Shown here in pieces: positions 36,123 through 45,469 of a stretch of 64,000 nt of DNA. A program made the translations under genes and the position numbers. The stretch is taken from NCBI GenBank assembly GCA_963702895.1, contig OY969767.1, positions 1,856,001 to 1,920,000 on the forward strand, read 5' to 3'. The notes under the pieces were generated by a model. That model saw only the letters and a list, made by a program, of their open reading frames with translations. It did no database searches and was not told where the DNA came from. Numbering within the stretch: the stretch's first letter is position 1; each line of letters begins with the position of its first letter. This DNA comes from an uncultured Elusimicrobia bacterium (GTDB lineage Bacteria; Elusimicrobiota; Elusimicrobia; 2-01-FULL-59-12).

Positions 36123-36761
36123 TTAAAACTTGGCGAGCTTGCGGACTTCTTTTTCGAAAAACCCTTTGACCTCGTTCCAGGGTAGAGGTGTGATCAGTTT
36201 AGGGGAAGGTTCGGCATCGGCATCTGAAAAATAGACCAGAGACCGCATGGCAAGCGTCAGGATATCGGACCGACCCCGGAATTTCTTAAGAACCAAACGC
36301 ATCAATTGGGTCAAGCGAAGCTCCTTCTGGAGAATGTAATAAAGGTCAATATAATCCTTTCGACTTCCACGTCCAATGATCGCGGCAACTTTCATCAAGC
36401 CGATGTCGATGGGATGAGCGATGGCGATGCCTTGCCAAAAGCGCGTTTTCCGCAAGAGAGGATGTCTGTATTTAAAAAAGCTGACCTGCGTCATCCCATG
36501 GCGCGCATGCACCGTTCCTTCCCTCTCTGCTTCGATCGTCACGGAGCATTTCTGCAGCCTCTCAAGGAGCGCCTCCTTGGCGGGAAAGTCAAGCGCATGG
36601 GAGGAAGAGAAAAAATCAAGATCAACAGAGATGCGGTGCCCGTACATCAGAGCAAGCGCCGTCCCCCCGGCAAGATAAAAGTCCTTAAGAAGCGAGCTTT
36701 TGGCCAAGAGACCCGCCGTCTGGCGGCAACCGGGGGTGAGAGCCTCGGGATGCCACTTCAT
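36123..36761 (-). CDS. AbiEii/AbiGii-like nucleotidyltransferase toxin
   Basis: FYLAGGTALALMYGHRISVDLDFF and K..AIIGRGSRKDYIDLY motifs; ATGA overlap. Confidence 0.88.
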   Translation of the reverse strand: MKWHPEALTPGCRQTAGLLAKSSLLKDFYLAGGTALALMYGHRISVDLDFFSSSHALDFPAKEALLERLQKCSVTIEAEREGTVHARHGMTQVSFFKYRHPLLRKTRFWQGIAIAHPIDIGLMKVAAIIGRGSRKDYIDLYYILQKELRLTQLMRLVLKKFRGRSDILTLAMRSLVYFSDADAEPSPKLITPLPWNEVKGFFEKEVRKLAKF

Positions 36762-37309
36762 GCGGCCCTTCCCAAGGTGCGGCCGGGCGCGCGCCAATCG
36801 CGGTGCGGTGCGGGGGGTACTTTCCACAGCCAGCACCAGAAATGATAGGTGCGCTCTGACAAAAGTCGCGCGCCCGGCCCTGCCAGACACTCTTTAATGA
36901 GCCGCAGGCCATAGTGCGCGCGCGCCCAGCGCAGGGCCTTTCGGTCACCGCGCTCTAAAATCCTGGACAGGATGAGATTCGCGTCGCGCCTGGGTTCCAG
37001 TGCGCGAGCGTCATATTCCGGAAAGAGATAAGCCAGCCGCTGGGGCACAGACGCGGCACGCGCGCGATGGCGCACCACCAGAGCCTGCACTTCACTCAGA
37101 TCCAGAAAATGCTGGTTCGCAAAGAAGGCGACGGGACGCAGCCACCCTCGCTCCATGAGACGATAAAGATGCCGTTGGGACCGGCCCAAGAGCTTGACCG
37201 CCTCGATGACCGAAATCACCCGCCGCGGCCCTGAACGGCGCCCTGTTTTGGCATCCTCTTCCTGAAACAGGACGGCCCCGCTTGGCTCGATCATGAATAT
37301 TCTTCTCAT
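36758..37309 (-). CDS. Putative antitoxin: excisionase-like HTH fused to a DUF6922-like domain
   Basis: ISVIEAVKLLGRSQRHLYRLMERGWL (HTH) plus LFPEYDARALEP...LILSRILERGD...HYG; coupled to the NTase gene. Confidence 0.7.
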   Translation of the reverse strand: MRRIFMIEPSGAVLFQEEDAKTGRRSGPRRVISVIEAVKLLGRSQRHLYRLMERGWLRPVAFFANQHFLDLSEVQALVVRHRARAASVPQRLAYLFPEYDARALEPRRDANLILSRILERGDRKALRWARAHYGLRLIKECLAGPGARLLSERTYHFWCWLWKVPPAPHRDWRAPGRTLGRAA

Positions 37310-37439
37310 TAGTGTGTCCTATTATATGACATATAAGAGACGAAAGATCAATAGTCAAGGTGAGCGCAAGACTTCGCCGTTGGTCAAGAAGTCGGCGTAG
37401 TCTCTGCCGTTCGGACCCGGTAAAAGAGAGAACAGAAGC

Positions 37440-37797
37440 GTAAGGCTGCCGATCAAACAAATCCCGCTCTTCCTTCAGCCACCGCAGCACGATCAACCCG
37501 TCGCTCGGCAAATCCTTGCTCCCAAACGCATGCACCGTCTCGGCCAGTTCCGTAGCGCGATTCGGATATGCCGGACTCGCGTAAGGCCGCCAGTCCACGG
37601 TTTCCAACGAACGGATCGTTTCCACCACCGCATCGTCTTTCCGTGCTGTAATCGTGAAATGGACCTTCCGGCCATGACACACCCGCACCACGCCGGCTTG
37701 CTACGCCGCACTGTCCGAACGAACTTGAATCTCCAACTCCGGCAGCGTCTGCTTCAGCCCGTTGATCACCCGCTCCAAAAGCCAAATTTGCTGCACA
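37440..37797 (-). pseudogene. Internal transposase fragment (IS1380-like) with an in-frame stop
   Basis: Reads ...LEIQVRSDSAA*QAGVVRVCHGRKVHFTITARKD...ELAETVH...LIVLRW; no start or IS ends visible. Confidence 0.6.
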
Positions 37798-37981
37798 GAC
37801 GATGGATCCCCCGCTGACGGCCGCGGGGGATGACGTCAGGGGTGGCTGATCGGATGATTTGGGAGGGGACGCTCATTCCTCGCAAACCCACAAACTCAGG
37901 CACTCACGCGAGTTGGGATCACCGAGTTTGTGGGATGATGAGGAACGCCCCAAAACCTATTTTAAAAGGTATTCTTATCGC

Positions 37982-39505
37982 ATGAGAAAATTCCTTTTCC
38001 TCCCGATCTTTCTGTTGGTGGGGCCTGTTTGCGGAGACGTTTACTTGTTGAAGAACCATCTGATGTCGGGCGATCCGGACCGGATGAGCCTGGCCGCTCA
38101 AAAGGCGGCGACGCTCAGTGCTTCCGAACAGCGGCTCCTGGTGCTCAGTTTGATCGTGCCGCTGCGCCAGGACTCGCGGTCCGCGGCCGCGGCCGCCCGC
38201 GCGCTCGGGTATTGCGGCCGGCCCGCCGAAGAAGCCTTGCCTGATTTGATCGAAGCGCTCAGGCAGGATGATCCGGCCGTCGTTCAAGCCGTCGGTGAAA
38301 CGCTCGTGAAGATCGGGCCGGCGGCGCTCCCCCCTTTGCGCAAAGCGCTCGAAGACCCCAATTTTCAGGTTCGTCAGCGTGCCGCGCAAATTGCCGGCGC
38401 TTTCGGGCCAAACGCCCGGCGGCTCTCTGGGGAACTGGCCGCCTTGACCCTGGATTCCAATCTCGAGGTGCGCTCCGCCGCGGAATCCGCGATCTTACAG
38501 ATTGGGGAACCTGCGATCCCGGAAGTCGCCCGCCTCTTGCGCCAAAAGAACGTGGCCACCCGGCAGTCCGCCGCGAGTTTGCTCGGCCGCTTGGGTGTGC
38601 CAGCCTCCCCGGCGCTCGTGCGGGCCCTGCGCCAAGATGAAAACGGAAGCGTCCGGGCCGCCGCCGCGACCGCTTTGGGGACCATCCGCCCCCCGAAAAC
38701 GGGCACGGTTCAAGCCCTGATTGACACCTTGAAGGATTTTGATGATACCGCCCGGACCGCCGCCATCGTGGCGCTGGGGAGCCTCGGACCGGAGGCCAAG
38801 GCGGCCATCGCTCCTTTGATCCAGGTGGCACTGAAGGACTCCGAGCCCCTCATCAAACAACGCGCGGCCCAGGCGCTCGAGGCCATCGGCCCAGGCAGCC
38901 AAGAATCTCTGCCCGGCCTGGTGGACAATATGAAGTCACCGGATGGTGGGATACGTCGGGCAAGCGTCCTCGCGATCGGAGCCGCCCAGATGGGACCGGA
39001 GGACACCTCCGCGGCGATGGCGCTCGCGCTCAAGGACCTGGACTCGGCTGTGAAACTCTCGGCCATCGAGGTCACGGCGTCTTATGCGCCCACTTATGCG
39101 CCCGCGGTCTCCCTGCTTCGGCCTGTTCTTTATGACCCTGATAAATCCGTGCGCCTGGCGGCCATTGCCGCCATGGGCCGGGCCACAGCCGCGCCAGATG
39201 CCGCGGCGCTCACCCTCCAGGAACTCTTAAAGGATGCCGATCCTCTCGTGCGCGACCATACGGTAGACGCCTTGAGCTCCTTAGGCCCCGAGGCGGTGCC
39301 GGCGCTCCTCGTCGCCTCCAAAGATTCTTATGACACGATCGCGCAAAAGGCGCAGGCCGCGATCGTCTCGATGGGTCCGGCCGCGCTGCCGGCCCTGGAA
39401 AAGGCGAGCGCTTCGGGTGATCTTGTTTCGCAGAAAGAGATTCAGGCGCTCATGGCCCAGATCCAGAAGAAGCCAGCTCCCCGCCGCTCTCGAAAGCCCC
39501 GCTGA
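37982..39505 (+). CDS. Exported HEAT/PBS-lyase repeat protein
   Basis: Signal-like MRKFLFLPIFLLVGPVCG; repeated L.D.D..VR..AA.ALG.IG units. Confidence 0.85.
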   Translation: MRKFLFLPIFLLVGPVCGDVYLLKNHLMSGDPDRMSLAAQKAATLSASEQRLLVLSLIVPLRQDSRSAAAAARALGYCGRPAEEALPDLIEALRQDDPAVVQAVGETLVKIGPAALPPLRKALEDPNFQVRQRAAQIAGAFGPNARRLSGELAALTLDSNLEVRSAAESAILQIGEPAIPEVARLLRQKNVATRQSAASLLGRLGVPASPALVRALRQDENGSVRAAAATALGTIRPPKTGTVQALIDTLKDFDDTARTAAIVALGSLGPEAKAAIAPLIQVALKDSEPLIKQRAAQALEAIGPGSQESLPGLVDNMKSPDGGIRRASVLAIGAAQMGPEDTSAAMALALKDLDSAVKLSAIEVTASYAPTYAPAVSLLRPVLYDPDKSVRLAAIAAMGRATAAPDAAALTLQELLKDADPLVRDHTVDALSSLGPEAVPALLVASKDSYDTIAQKAQAAIVSMGPAALPALEKASASGDLVSQKEIQALMAQIQKKPAPRRSRKPR

Positions 39506-39625
39506 TGGCCGCATCAACATCCACAGAATGCCCTGCTGGTTCTTGAATATTTTTCCCTTGAATTTTGATGCCCAGGAAGGCATAAGAGCTCATCCCGAAG
39601 CTCATGAATAGGAGAAACCCTTAAC

Positions 39626-40069
39626 GTGACCACTCTCTTTGTGATGTGGGATTGGAAATACAAGTTGAAGACGGATGGGATCAACGAGCAGCACAAGAAA
39701 CTCTTTGCCCTCCTCAACCAGGCCCACGATGTTCTGGCCTCAGGCAAGAACGTGGACGCTTTGGAACCTGTCCTCAAAGGTCTGGAGGAGTATTCCAGGG
39801 TCCATTTCACCTATGAAGAGAAGCTGATGGACAAATACAAATTTCCGCAGATCCAGGCCCACCGTCAGCAGCATCAGATCTTTATTCGTCATATCGACAA
39901 CGCAAGGCGGAGTGTCCGGATGGGAGAAGCGGCCGTCAAGATGGAACTGGTCCGGTTTCTCCGGGATTGGCTGCTGGACCACATTTTGGTTGAAGACAGA
40001 AAATACGACCAGTTCTTCATTGGGCAACGGGCGCCCGAAGCGGTCCGCCACGCGGACCGCCTGTATTAG
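39626..40069 (+). CDS. Bacteriohemerythrin
   Basis: W...Y...INEQH, HFTYEE, HRQQH, WLLDHILVED iron-ligand motifs. Confidence 0.92.
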   Translation: MTTLFVMWDWKYKLKTDGINEQHKKLFALLNQAHDVLASGKNVDALEPVLKGLEEYSRVHFTYEEKLMDKYKFPQIQAHRQQHQIFIRHIDNARRSVRMGEAAVKMELVRFLRDWLLDHILVEDRKYDQFFIGQRAPEAVRHADRLY

Positions 40070-40127
40070 CCCGAAATCTTTCTTTGGGAACGTTTTATCG
40101 TCCGGTCCTGCCGCACTTTTCTGTGCC

Positions 40128-40213
40128 GTCATCCCCCCCGGCCGTAAGGGGGGGATCCATCATTCCGTTTACAACGGTGATGGACCCCGGCTGACAACCG
40201 CCGGGGTGACGAC
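40128..40213. repeat. REP-like double palindrome (GTCATCCC...GGGATCCATC...GACCCCGG...CCGGGGTGAC)
   Basis: Homologous copy at about 53753-53838 and a half copy at about 37802-37835. Confidence 0.75.
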
Positions 40214-40235
40214 CTAACTGAACTTTCCCGGTTAG

Positions 40236-40378
40236 CAGGCTGCCGAAAAAGTGCATCAACGTCTCTTTTGACGTCACCCCGGCGGAAGCCGGGGTCCAGT
40301 TCACCGACGATGTTCTGGATTCCGGCTTTCGCCGGAATGACGGCTGTAAGACCTTCGGAAGGTTGTTTCGGCAGCCTG
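40236..40378. mobile_element. 143-bp MITE with 13-bp TIR CAGGCTGCCGAAA and TTAG target duplication, carrying a 69-bp REP-like element (40273-40341)
   Basis: ttag-caggctgccgaaa ... tttcggcagcctg-ttag. Confidence 0.75.
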
Positions 40379-40558
40379 TTAGCCCGGAATCTTCTGTCGA
40401 GCTCACCCCGGCGGATGGCTCGCCGCCATGACGGCACAAAAAGTCCATGCTTGAAAGTTTCGCTGGCCCCAACCCCGCACATATGCTTTATTTCTCCCGT
40501 ACGACACGCGAAGTCAAGCAACGGGAATGGACTGTACGATTGACTCAAGGAGGTTTTT

Positions 40559-40900
40559 ATGAGCGACGCAAGTTTTGATCCGATGAAGTTTTATTTATCG
40601 ATCGAGGGGCGGGTGGGTCGGCAAGATTACTGGATGAAGCTCTTCGTGCCGATTCTGGTTGTGGCGATCATTCTGGGCATCGTTGCCAGGGGCAATACGG
40701 CCGTATCGATTGTCTTCAATCTGCTGGTCTTATGGCCTTCCCTCGCCGTGAGCATCAAGCGCTGGCACGACCGGGACAAGACCGGGTGGTGGGTGCTCAT
40801 CAATCTGATCCCGATCATCGGCTGGATTTGGGCCTTGGTTGAAAACGGGTTCCTCAAAGGAACCGAAGGCGACAACCGCTTCGGCCCCTCGCCCGTCTAG
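40559..40900 (+). CDS. DUF805-family inner membrane protein
   Basis: GRVGRQDYW...PSLAVSIKRWHDRDKTGWW...GDNRFGP; AGGAGG SD. Confidence 0.92.
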   Translation: MSDASFDPMKFYLSIEGRVGRQDYWMKLFVPILVVAIILGIVARGNTAVSIVFNLLVLWPSLAVSIKRWHDRDKTGWWVLINLIPIIGWIWALVENGFLKGTEGDNRFGPSPV

Positions 40901-40921
40901 CGAAACCCGCTCGGCAGAACC

Positions 40922-41821
40922 ATGACCGATCAAGCTCCCGCTTCCTACGCCGGTTTCTGGGTGCGGGCGGGAGCAGCCTTGATCGATACCGTCGTCCTCT
41001 TCCTTCCCATCGGGCTCGCCGGCGCGGCGCTCGCGATCGCCGCGCCGGCTCTGGCCAGAAATCCCGTCATCTCGTTTGTCATGCACTTCCTTCTTCCGGC
41101 CGCCGTCACGCTTTTCTTCTGGCGCCGGAAAGGCGCCACGCCCGGCAAAGCGTGGATGGGACTCAGGATCGTCCGCGCCTCAGGTCTTACCCCGCCCAGC
41201 CTGGGGGCTCTCATCGGCCGCTATCTTGCGTACTGGCTCTGCCTCATTCCGCTTGGACTGGGCTATATCTGGGTCGCCTGGGACAAGCGCAAGCAGGGGT
41301 TCCACGACAAGCTGGCGGGGACGCTCGTGGTGCGCGTGCATTCCGTCTCAGAAGGACACCGTCGCCGCGTCTGGGGCGTGATCCTGGCTGCGCTTCTTGT
41401 GCTCGCGCTTCTCGTCGGGCTTGGCATGACGGGCGGCCTGAGGTGGCTCCACCGGAACAAAGCGCGCCTGGCCCAAGAAGGCCTCCAGACGCGCAAACAT
41501 GCTCTTGCCTTCGCGAAGAACCGGGACCAGCAGGCCTGTCTCACGGAAGCGCTCCGGCGTGAGGCGGCCTGCGATTCTTTCCTTTGTCACATCTCGAACA
41601 ACATCTTTTTGAAGGAAGCGCTCCAGGCGAGCGCCTCGACGCCTGGCTTCTGCGACGGCGTTCCGCGCAACACCGAAATCTTAAAATCGGCCGCTTGGCG
41701 GGTCGAGCGCTGCCGGTCCATCGGGCGCGAAGACCCCTATTGCAATGAGCTTTTCGGAACCGTGCAGAAGTTCTGCAACGGCCCTGCGGACAAGAAAAGC
41801 GCTGCCCCGACCAACAAGTAA
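40922..41821 (+). CDS. RDD-family membrane protein with an extra Cys-containing C-terminal domain
   Basis: YAGFWVRAGAALID...GATPGK...KQGFHDKLAGTLVV. Confidence 0.85.
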   Translation: MTDQAPASYAGFWVRAGAALIDTVVLFLPIGLAGAALAIAAPALARNPVISFVMHFLLPAAVTLFFWRRKGATPGKAWMGLRIVRASGLTPPSLGALIGRYLAYWLCLIPLGLGYIWVAWDKRKQGFHDKLAGTLVVRVHSVSEGHRRRVWGVILAALLVLALLVGLGMTGGLRWLHRNKARLAQEGLQTRKHALAFAKNRDQQACLTEALRREAACDSFLCHISNNIFLKEALQASASTPGFCDGVPRNTEILKSAAWRVERCRSIGREDPYCNELFGTVQKFCNGPADKKSAAPTNK

Positions 41822-42162
41822 TCCAGAGATCAGTCGCACGCCGCGCGACCCTTCACGGCTGGGGGATGGTCTCCAAACTCCCGGCGACCGCCCGCCGGAT
41901 GTCTGGGCGGGCATTCCTCACGATGTTCACCCGCTGTAAGCGCTCCCAAGGCTCCCGCGAAATAGCCCATGGCTGCAGTTCCCCTTCCGAATAAGACGGT
42001 CCAGGAGACCCTTTTCCCAAAGCCCCGTGAATATTTTGGCGAGTTCTGCATCTAAGGGAATGAGAGCAGGACTGAGAAAGCTCAAAAAGAGCCTTGAAAG
42101 AGTGTGATTTATAAGTAACATATGAAGACTCAAGCCAGGTGTAATCTTTATCGATACAGCAA

Positions 42163-42471
42163 ATGAAGCCAATGATTTCCCATGAAGACGCTCAGATCGA
42201 GCGCTTCCGGAAAGATCCGGACCGCGCGGTCGCCTATTTGAACGCTTGCCTGGAGGTCGCGTTCAAGGAAGACGATCCCGGGCTTGTCCTTTTGGCCCTT
42301 TCGACCGTCGCGCGAGCTTTTGGCATGTCACGTTTGGCCAAGGAAACGGAACTTCGACGCGAAAGTTTGCACCGGATGCTCTCCAAGAAAGGAAACCCCG
42401 AATGGAGCAGCGTTTTTCGGGTGTTTCGCGCCCTCCACTTAAGGCCGCGCCTTGACCGCGTCGCAGCCTAA
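42163..42471 (+). CDS. Addiction-module antidote-like HTH protein, no toxin visible
   Basis: AVAYLNACLE...ALSTVARAFGMSRLAKETELRRESLHRMLSKKGNP. Confidence 0.85.
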   Translation: MKPMISHEDAQIERFRKDPDRAVAYLNACLEVAFKEDDPGLVLLALSTVARAFGMSRLAKETELRRESLHRMLSKKGNPEWSSVFRVFRALHLRPRLDRVAA

Positions 42472-42501
42472 GCCGTGAGTGTGCATTGAATAAATGATGT
42501 A

Positions 42502-42535
42502 TTGAAAAACGAGTCAATTTCGATTAAAATCGAAA
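42502..42535 (+). promoter_or_regulatory. Sigma70-type promoter TTGAAA-N17-TAAAAT overlapped by the palindrome TTTCGATT-AA-AATCGAAA
   Basis: Exact 17-bp spacing; 8-2-8 palindrome over the -10 box, upstream of a wHTH gene. Confidence 0.6.
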
Positions 42536-42565
42536 TGAGATCAAGAGTTAAGAGCGGAAATCGAA

Positions 42566-43147
42566 ATGAAGAAACTAGAGCTTATTTACAGACATATACT
42601 GCATTTGCACTTTACCGAGAAAAAGCACAACTTCACACAAAAAGAATTGGCGGAAACGCTGAAATGCTCGGTGAGCACGGTCTTTCACGCCTTGCAGAAA
42701 CCCAGGCGCATGGGCGCCGTACGGGTTACAGGGCGGGACTTTGTTTTGGCTGACGCGGAAAAACTCCTGACCTATTGGGCGACGCTGCGCAGGTCGGATC
42801 GGGACGTGTTGTACAAAACCCACGCCGAGGGGACCGCGCTCCGTCGCGAGGCGCTCATGCCGCCAGGCGTGATTTTTGGAGCCTACAGCGCTTATCGTTT
42901 CTGTTATGGCGAAACACCTGCGGATTACGACACGGTCGTCGTTTATGCCCCTTCTTCCGAGCTGGTCCAACGCCGATTCCCCTCCCAAAAAGGACCCGTC
43001 AATCTCTGGGTGTTCAAGGCCGATCCTTTTCTTGCCGCCTATGGCCCTTTCACGCCGCCGGTTCAAATCTACGTTGATTTATGGAATTCCCCGCAATGGT
43101 ACGCGCAAGACTTCCGTAAAGCGCTCCACCAGAGGCTTTTCACATGA
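42566..43147 (+). CDS. Winged-HTH protein, AbiEi-like antitoxin candidate
   Basis: FTQKELAETLKCSVSTVFHAL HTH; KLLTYWA; QIYVDLW; ATGA-coupled to the NTase gene. Confidence 0.7.
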   Translation: MKKLELIYRHILHLHFTEKKHNFTQKELAETLKCSVSTVFHALQKPRRMGAVRVTGRDFVLADAEKLLTYWATLRRSDRDVLYKTHAEGTALRREALMPPGVIFGAYSAYRFCYGETPADYDTVVVYAPSSELVQRRFPSQKGPVNLWVFKADPFLAAYGPFTPPVQIYVDLWNSPQWYAQDFRKALHQRLFT

Positions 43148-43791
43148 GCCAGGGAGAATTCTGGCATGAGCTCGTCACGGAAAAAAGCTGGCAAATTCTC
43201 CAAGAGATCCACCGCCAGTTCCCCTTTGTCTTGATCGGCGGGTGGGCGGTGTATCTGTATGCGCGAAGTTTGAAATCGAAGGACATCGACATCGTCATCG
43301 ATTACGACACCCTGGCCAAAATCCGTGACGCTTATCCCCTGACCAAAAATGACCGCTTGAAGAAATACGAGATTCGACTCGGGGAAGTCGATGTGGACAT
43401 CTACGTCCCTCACTTTTCCAATCCTGGCCTGCCGGCCGAAATCCTCCTGGAGGGCGCCTCCACCCAGGAAGGGTTTCGTGTGCCACGTCTTGATGAACTC
43501 TTGCTGATGAAAGAAAACGCACGGAACGAGCGTCGAGGATCCGCCAAGGGAGAAAAAGACGGCCTGGATTTGCTCAGTCTTTTGAAAACGGAAGCGCTTG
43601 ATTGGGCGCGCTACCTGGCGCTCGCCAAACGCCACAACCCTGAATCACCCGCGCGCTTGAAGCAATTTCTCGAAACGACGGCGGATGCCCTCCCCCTTGG
43701 CCTCAATCGCCACCAACTCTCGCGCCTCAAGAAGAGATGGCTTGCCCATCTCGATGAATTCGATCAGCCGCCTCCATCCCCTCAACCGTAA
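43144..43791 (+). CDS. Nucleotidyltransferase (Pol-beta superfamily), AbiEii-like toxin candidate
   Basis: FVLIGGWAVYLY...SKDIDIV...K..KDGLDL. Confidence 0.75.
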   Translation: MSQGEFWHELVTEKSWQILQEIHRQFPFVLIGGWAVYLYARSLKSKDIDIVIDYDTLAKIRDAYPLTKNDRLKKYEIRLGEVDVDIYVPHFSNPGLPAEILLEGASTQEGFRVPRLDELLLMKENARNERRGSAKGEKDGLDLLSLLKTEALDWARYLALAKRHNPESPARLKQFLETTADALPLGLNRHQLSRLKKRWLAHLDEFDQPPPSPQP

Positions 43792-44000
43792 CGCGCGCTT
43801 GTCGTATTGATTTTGAGATTGGCGGATTCGTCTCACTGCGTCATGGTCGGGCTTGTGCCGCTGCAAGAAACCCAGTCCGAACACGGCCACAAATATCACC
43901 AGTACAATACCACCCGTTTTTGGAACAGTCGACCCAACCACCACCCCCCTCATCAACTCAGAAATGAAAGGATTCCCGTCGATTAAGTACAATTGGCTCC

Positions 44001-44321
44001 ATGAAAGACATCCTTCATTTGGTCCAAGACGCAGCGGCAAAGAAGCTGCTCTTTCTACCTCATGCGATTGATCAAATGAACCGGCCGGAGCGGCTGATTA
44101 CGCCTAAGGAAGTCCGTGAAGTTGTCACGGGAGGTCAAGCCATTGAGGATTACCCGACTGATTCGAGGGGCCATAGCTGTCTTATGATGGGAATAACCTC
44201 TGCCGAGCGTACCGTTCACGTTGTATGCAGCCCGAAAGAAGATTATTTGGCGATCATCACAGCGTATCTGCCGTCCAGGGAAGAATGGGACCGAGATCTA
44301 AGAACGAGGAAGAAACCATGA
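44001..44321 (+). CDS. DUF4258-family putative toxin
   Basis: FLPHAIDQM...IEDYPTDSRGHSCL...VHVVC...IITAYLP. Confidence 0.88.
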   Translation: MKDILHLVQDAAAKKLLFLPHAIDQMNRPERLITPKEVREVVTGGQAIEDYPTDSRGHSCLMMGITSAERTVHVVCSPKEDYLAIITAYLPSREEWDRDLRTRKKP

Positions 44322-44530
44322 AATGCATTTATTGCCAGGGAAAAATGAAAGAGGGATTGGCGTCCTATAACGTCAATCGAAAGGGTTATCACCTTTTGCT
44401 GGACAAGGTCCGTGCCTGGATCTGCGATCAATGCGGTGAACCGTATTTTGAAGAGACGGAAGTCCAATCCATTCAGGACGTCGTGCGAGCCCTTGATCAG
44501 CAGGTGTCAAAACTCCCCAAATCCGCCTAA
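44318..44530 (+). CDS. YgiT/MqsA-type zinc-finger antitoxin
   Basis: MKCIYCQG...VRAWICDQCGEPYF; ATGA overlap with DUF4258. Confidence 0.88.
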   Translation: MKCIYCQGKMKEGLASYNVNRKGYHLLLDKVRAWICDQCGEPYFEETEVQSIQDVVRALDQQVSKLPKSA

Positions 44531-44647
44531 TTTATTTCCTCAGACCGACTCTATCATAGAAGTCGACGATCGCCCTTGATCGGGTTGAGCATGAAGCGTC
44601 GCAGATCTGCAGCGACGCGCAACCGTCGTCCGCAGTAAAATCGTTCA

Positions 44648-45439
44648 TTAAGACGCAGAGGTGTCCGGCAGAGGTGCCAGAGCAACGTTGTTCTGGCAAG
44701 AGAAGTCCCCTACGTTGCTGCGCCGAACCAGAATGAGAACTCCCGTGATGGTCTTTCGGGGAATGGAGGGCCCTGGACCGCGACGCGTCAGGCGGTCCCC
44801 CTTCTTGGGGACGAACTGCTTATCAGGGAACGGGCAGATCTTGATGAGATGACACTCCCAGCAGCGGGGGGCCTTGGCCAGGCAGATGTAGCGGCCATGG
44901 AGCACCATCGACTGCGAAAAATAGACCCAGTGCTTCTTCGGAACCACCTTCATGAGGTCCTGCTCAATCTTGATGGGATCATCGCCTTTGGAGAGGTGAA
45001 AGCGGTTGGCGAGGCGGATCATGTGGGTGTCGACCACAATCCCGGCAGCGATGCCGTGGACAGCTCCCAGGAGGACGTTCGCGCTTTTGCGACCGATCCC
45101 GGGAAGCTGGGTCAGGTCCTCCATCGTCTTGGGCAATTCCCCCCCAAACTTCTCCACGATCATGCGGCAGGCGCCAAGGATGCTTTTCGTTTTCGCTCGG
45201 AAGAAGCCGCAGCGGAAGACCATTTTTTCGACGTCCAGGGGATTGGCCCGGGCGAAGGCCTGGACCGTGGGGTACTTTTTGAAGAGGGCGAGCGTCACTT
45301 CGTTCACGGTCTTGTCGGTCGACTGAGCGGAAAGGACGACACCCACCATGAGTTCCAGAGCATTTCGATGGTTGACCTCACACCGCGGCCGCGGCCAATG
45401 CTTTCGTAAAAGAGGTAGGAGACGGTTACTAAAATTCAT
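44648..45439 (-). CDS. nth: Endonuclease III
   Basis: LSAQSTD, HhH LPGIGRKSANV, VDTH, C-x6-C-x2-C-x5-C Fe-S motif. Confidence 0.93.
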   Translation of the reverse strand: MNFSNRLLPLLRKHWPRPRCEVNHRNALELMVGVVLSAQSTDKTVNEVTLALFKKYPTVQAFARANPLDVEKMVFRCGFFRAKTKSILGACRMIVEKFGGELPKTMEDLTQLPGIGRKSANVLLGAVHGIAAGIVVDTHMIRLANRFHLSKGDDPIKIEQDLMKVVPKKHWVYFSQSMVLHGRYICLAKAPRCWECHLIKICPFPDKQFVPKKGDRLTRRGPGPSIPRKTITGVLILVRRSNVGDFSCQNNVALAPLPDTSAS

Positions 45440-45469
45440 GCCAAGATGATCATGCTCTCATAACACGCT

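Noticed and set aside
43787..43995. Possible small minus-strand membrane protein (part of ORF 43645-44040)
   Set aside because: It overlaps both neighbours in antisense, has no clear start or SD and no recognisable family.
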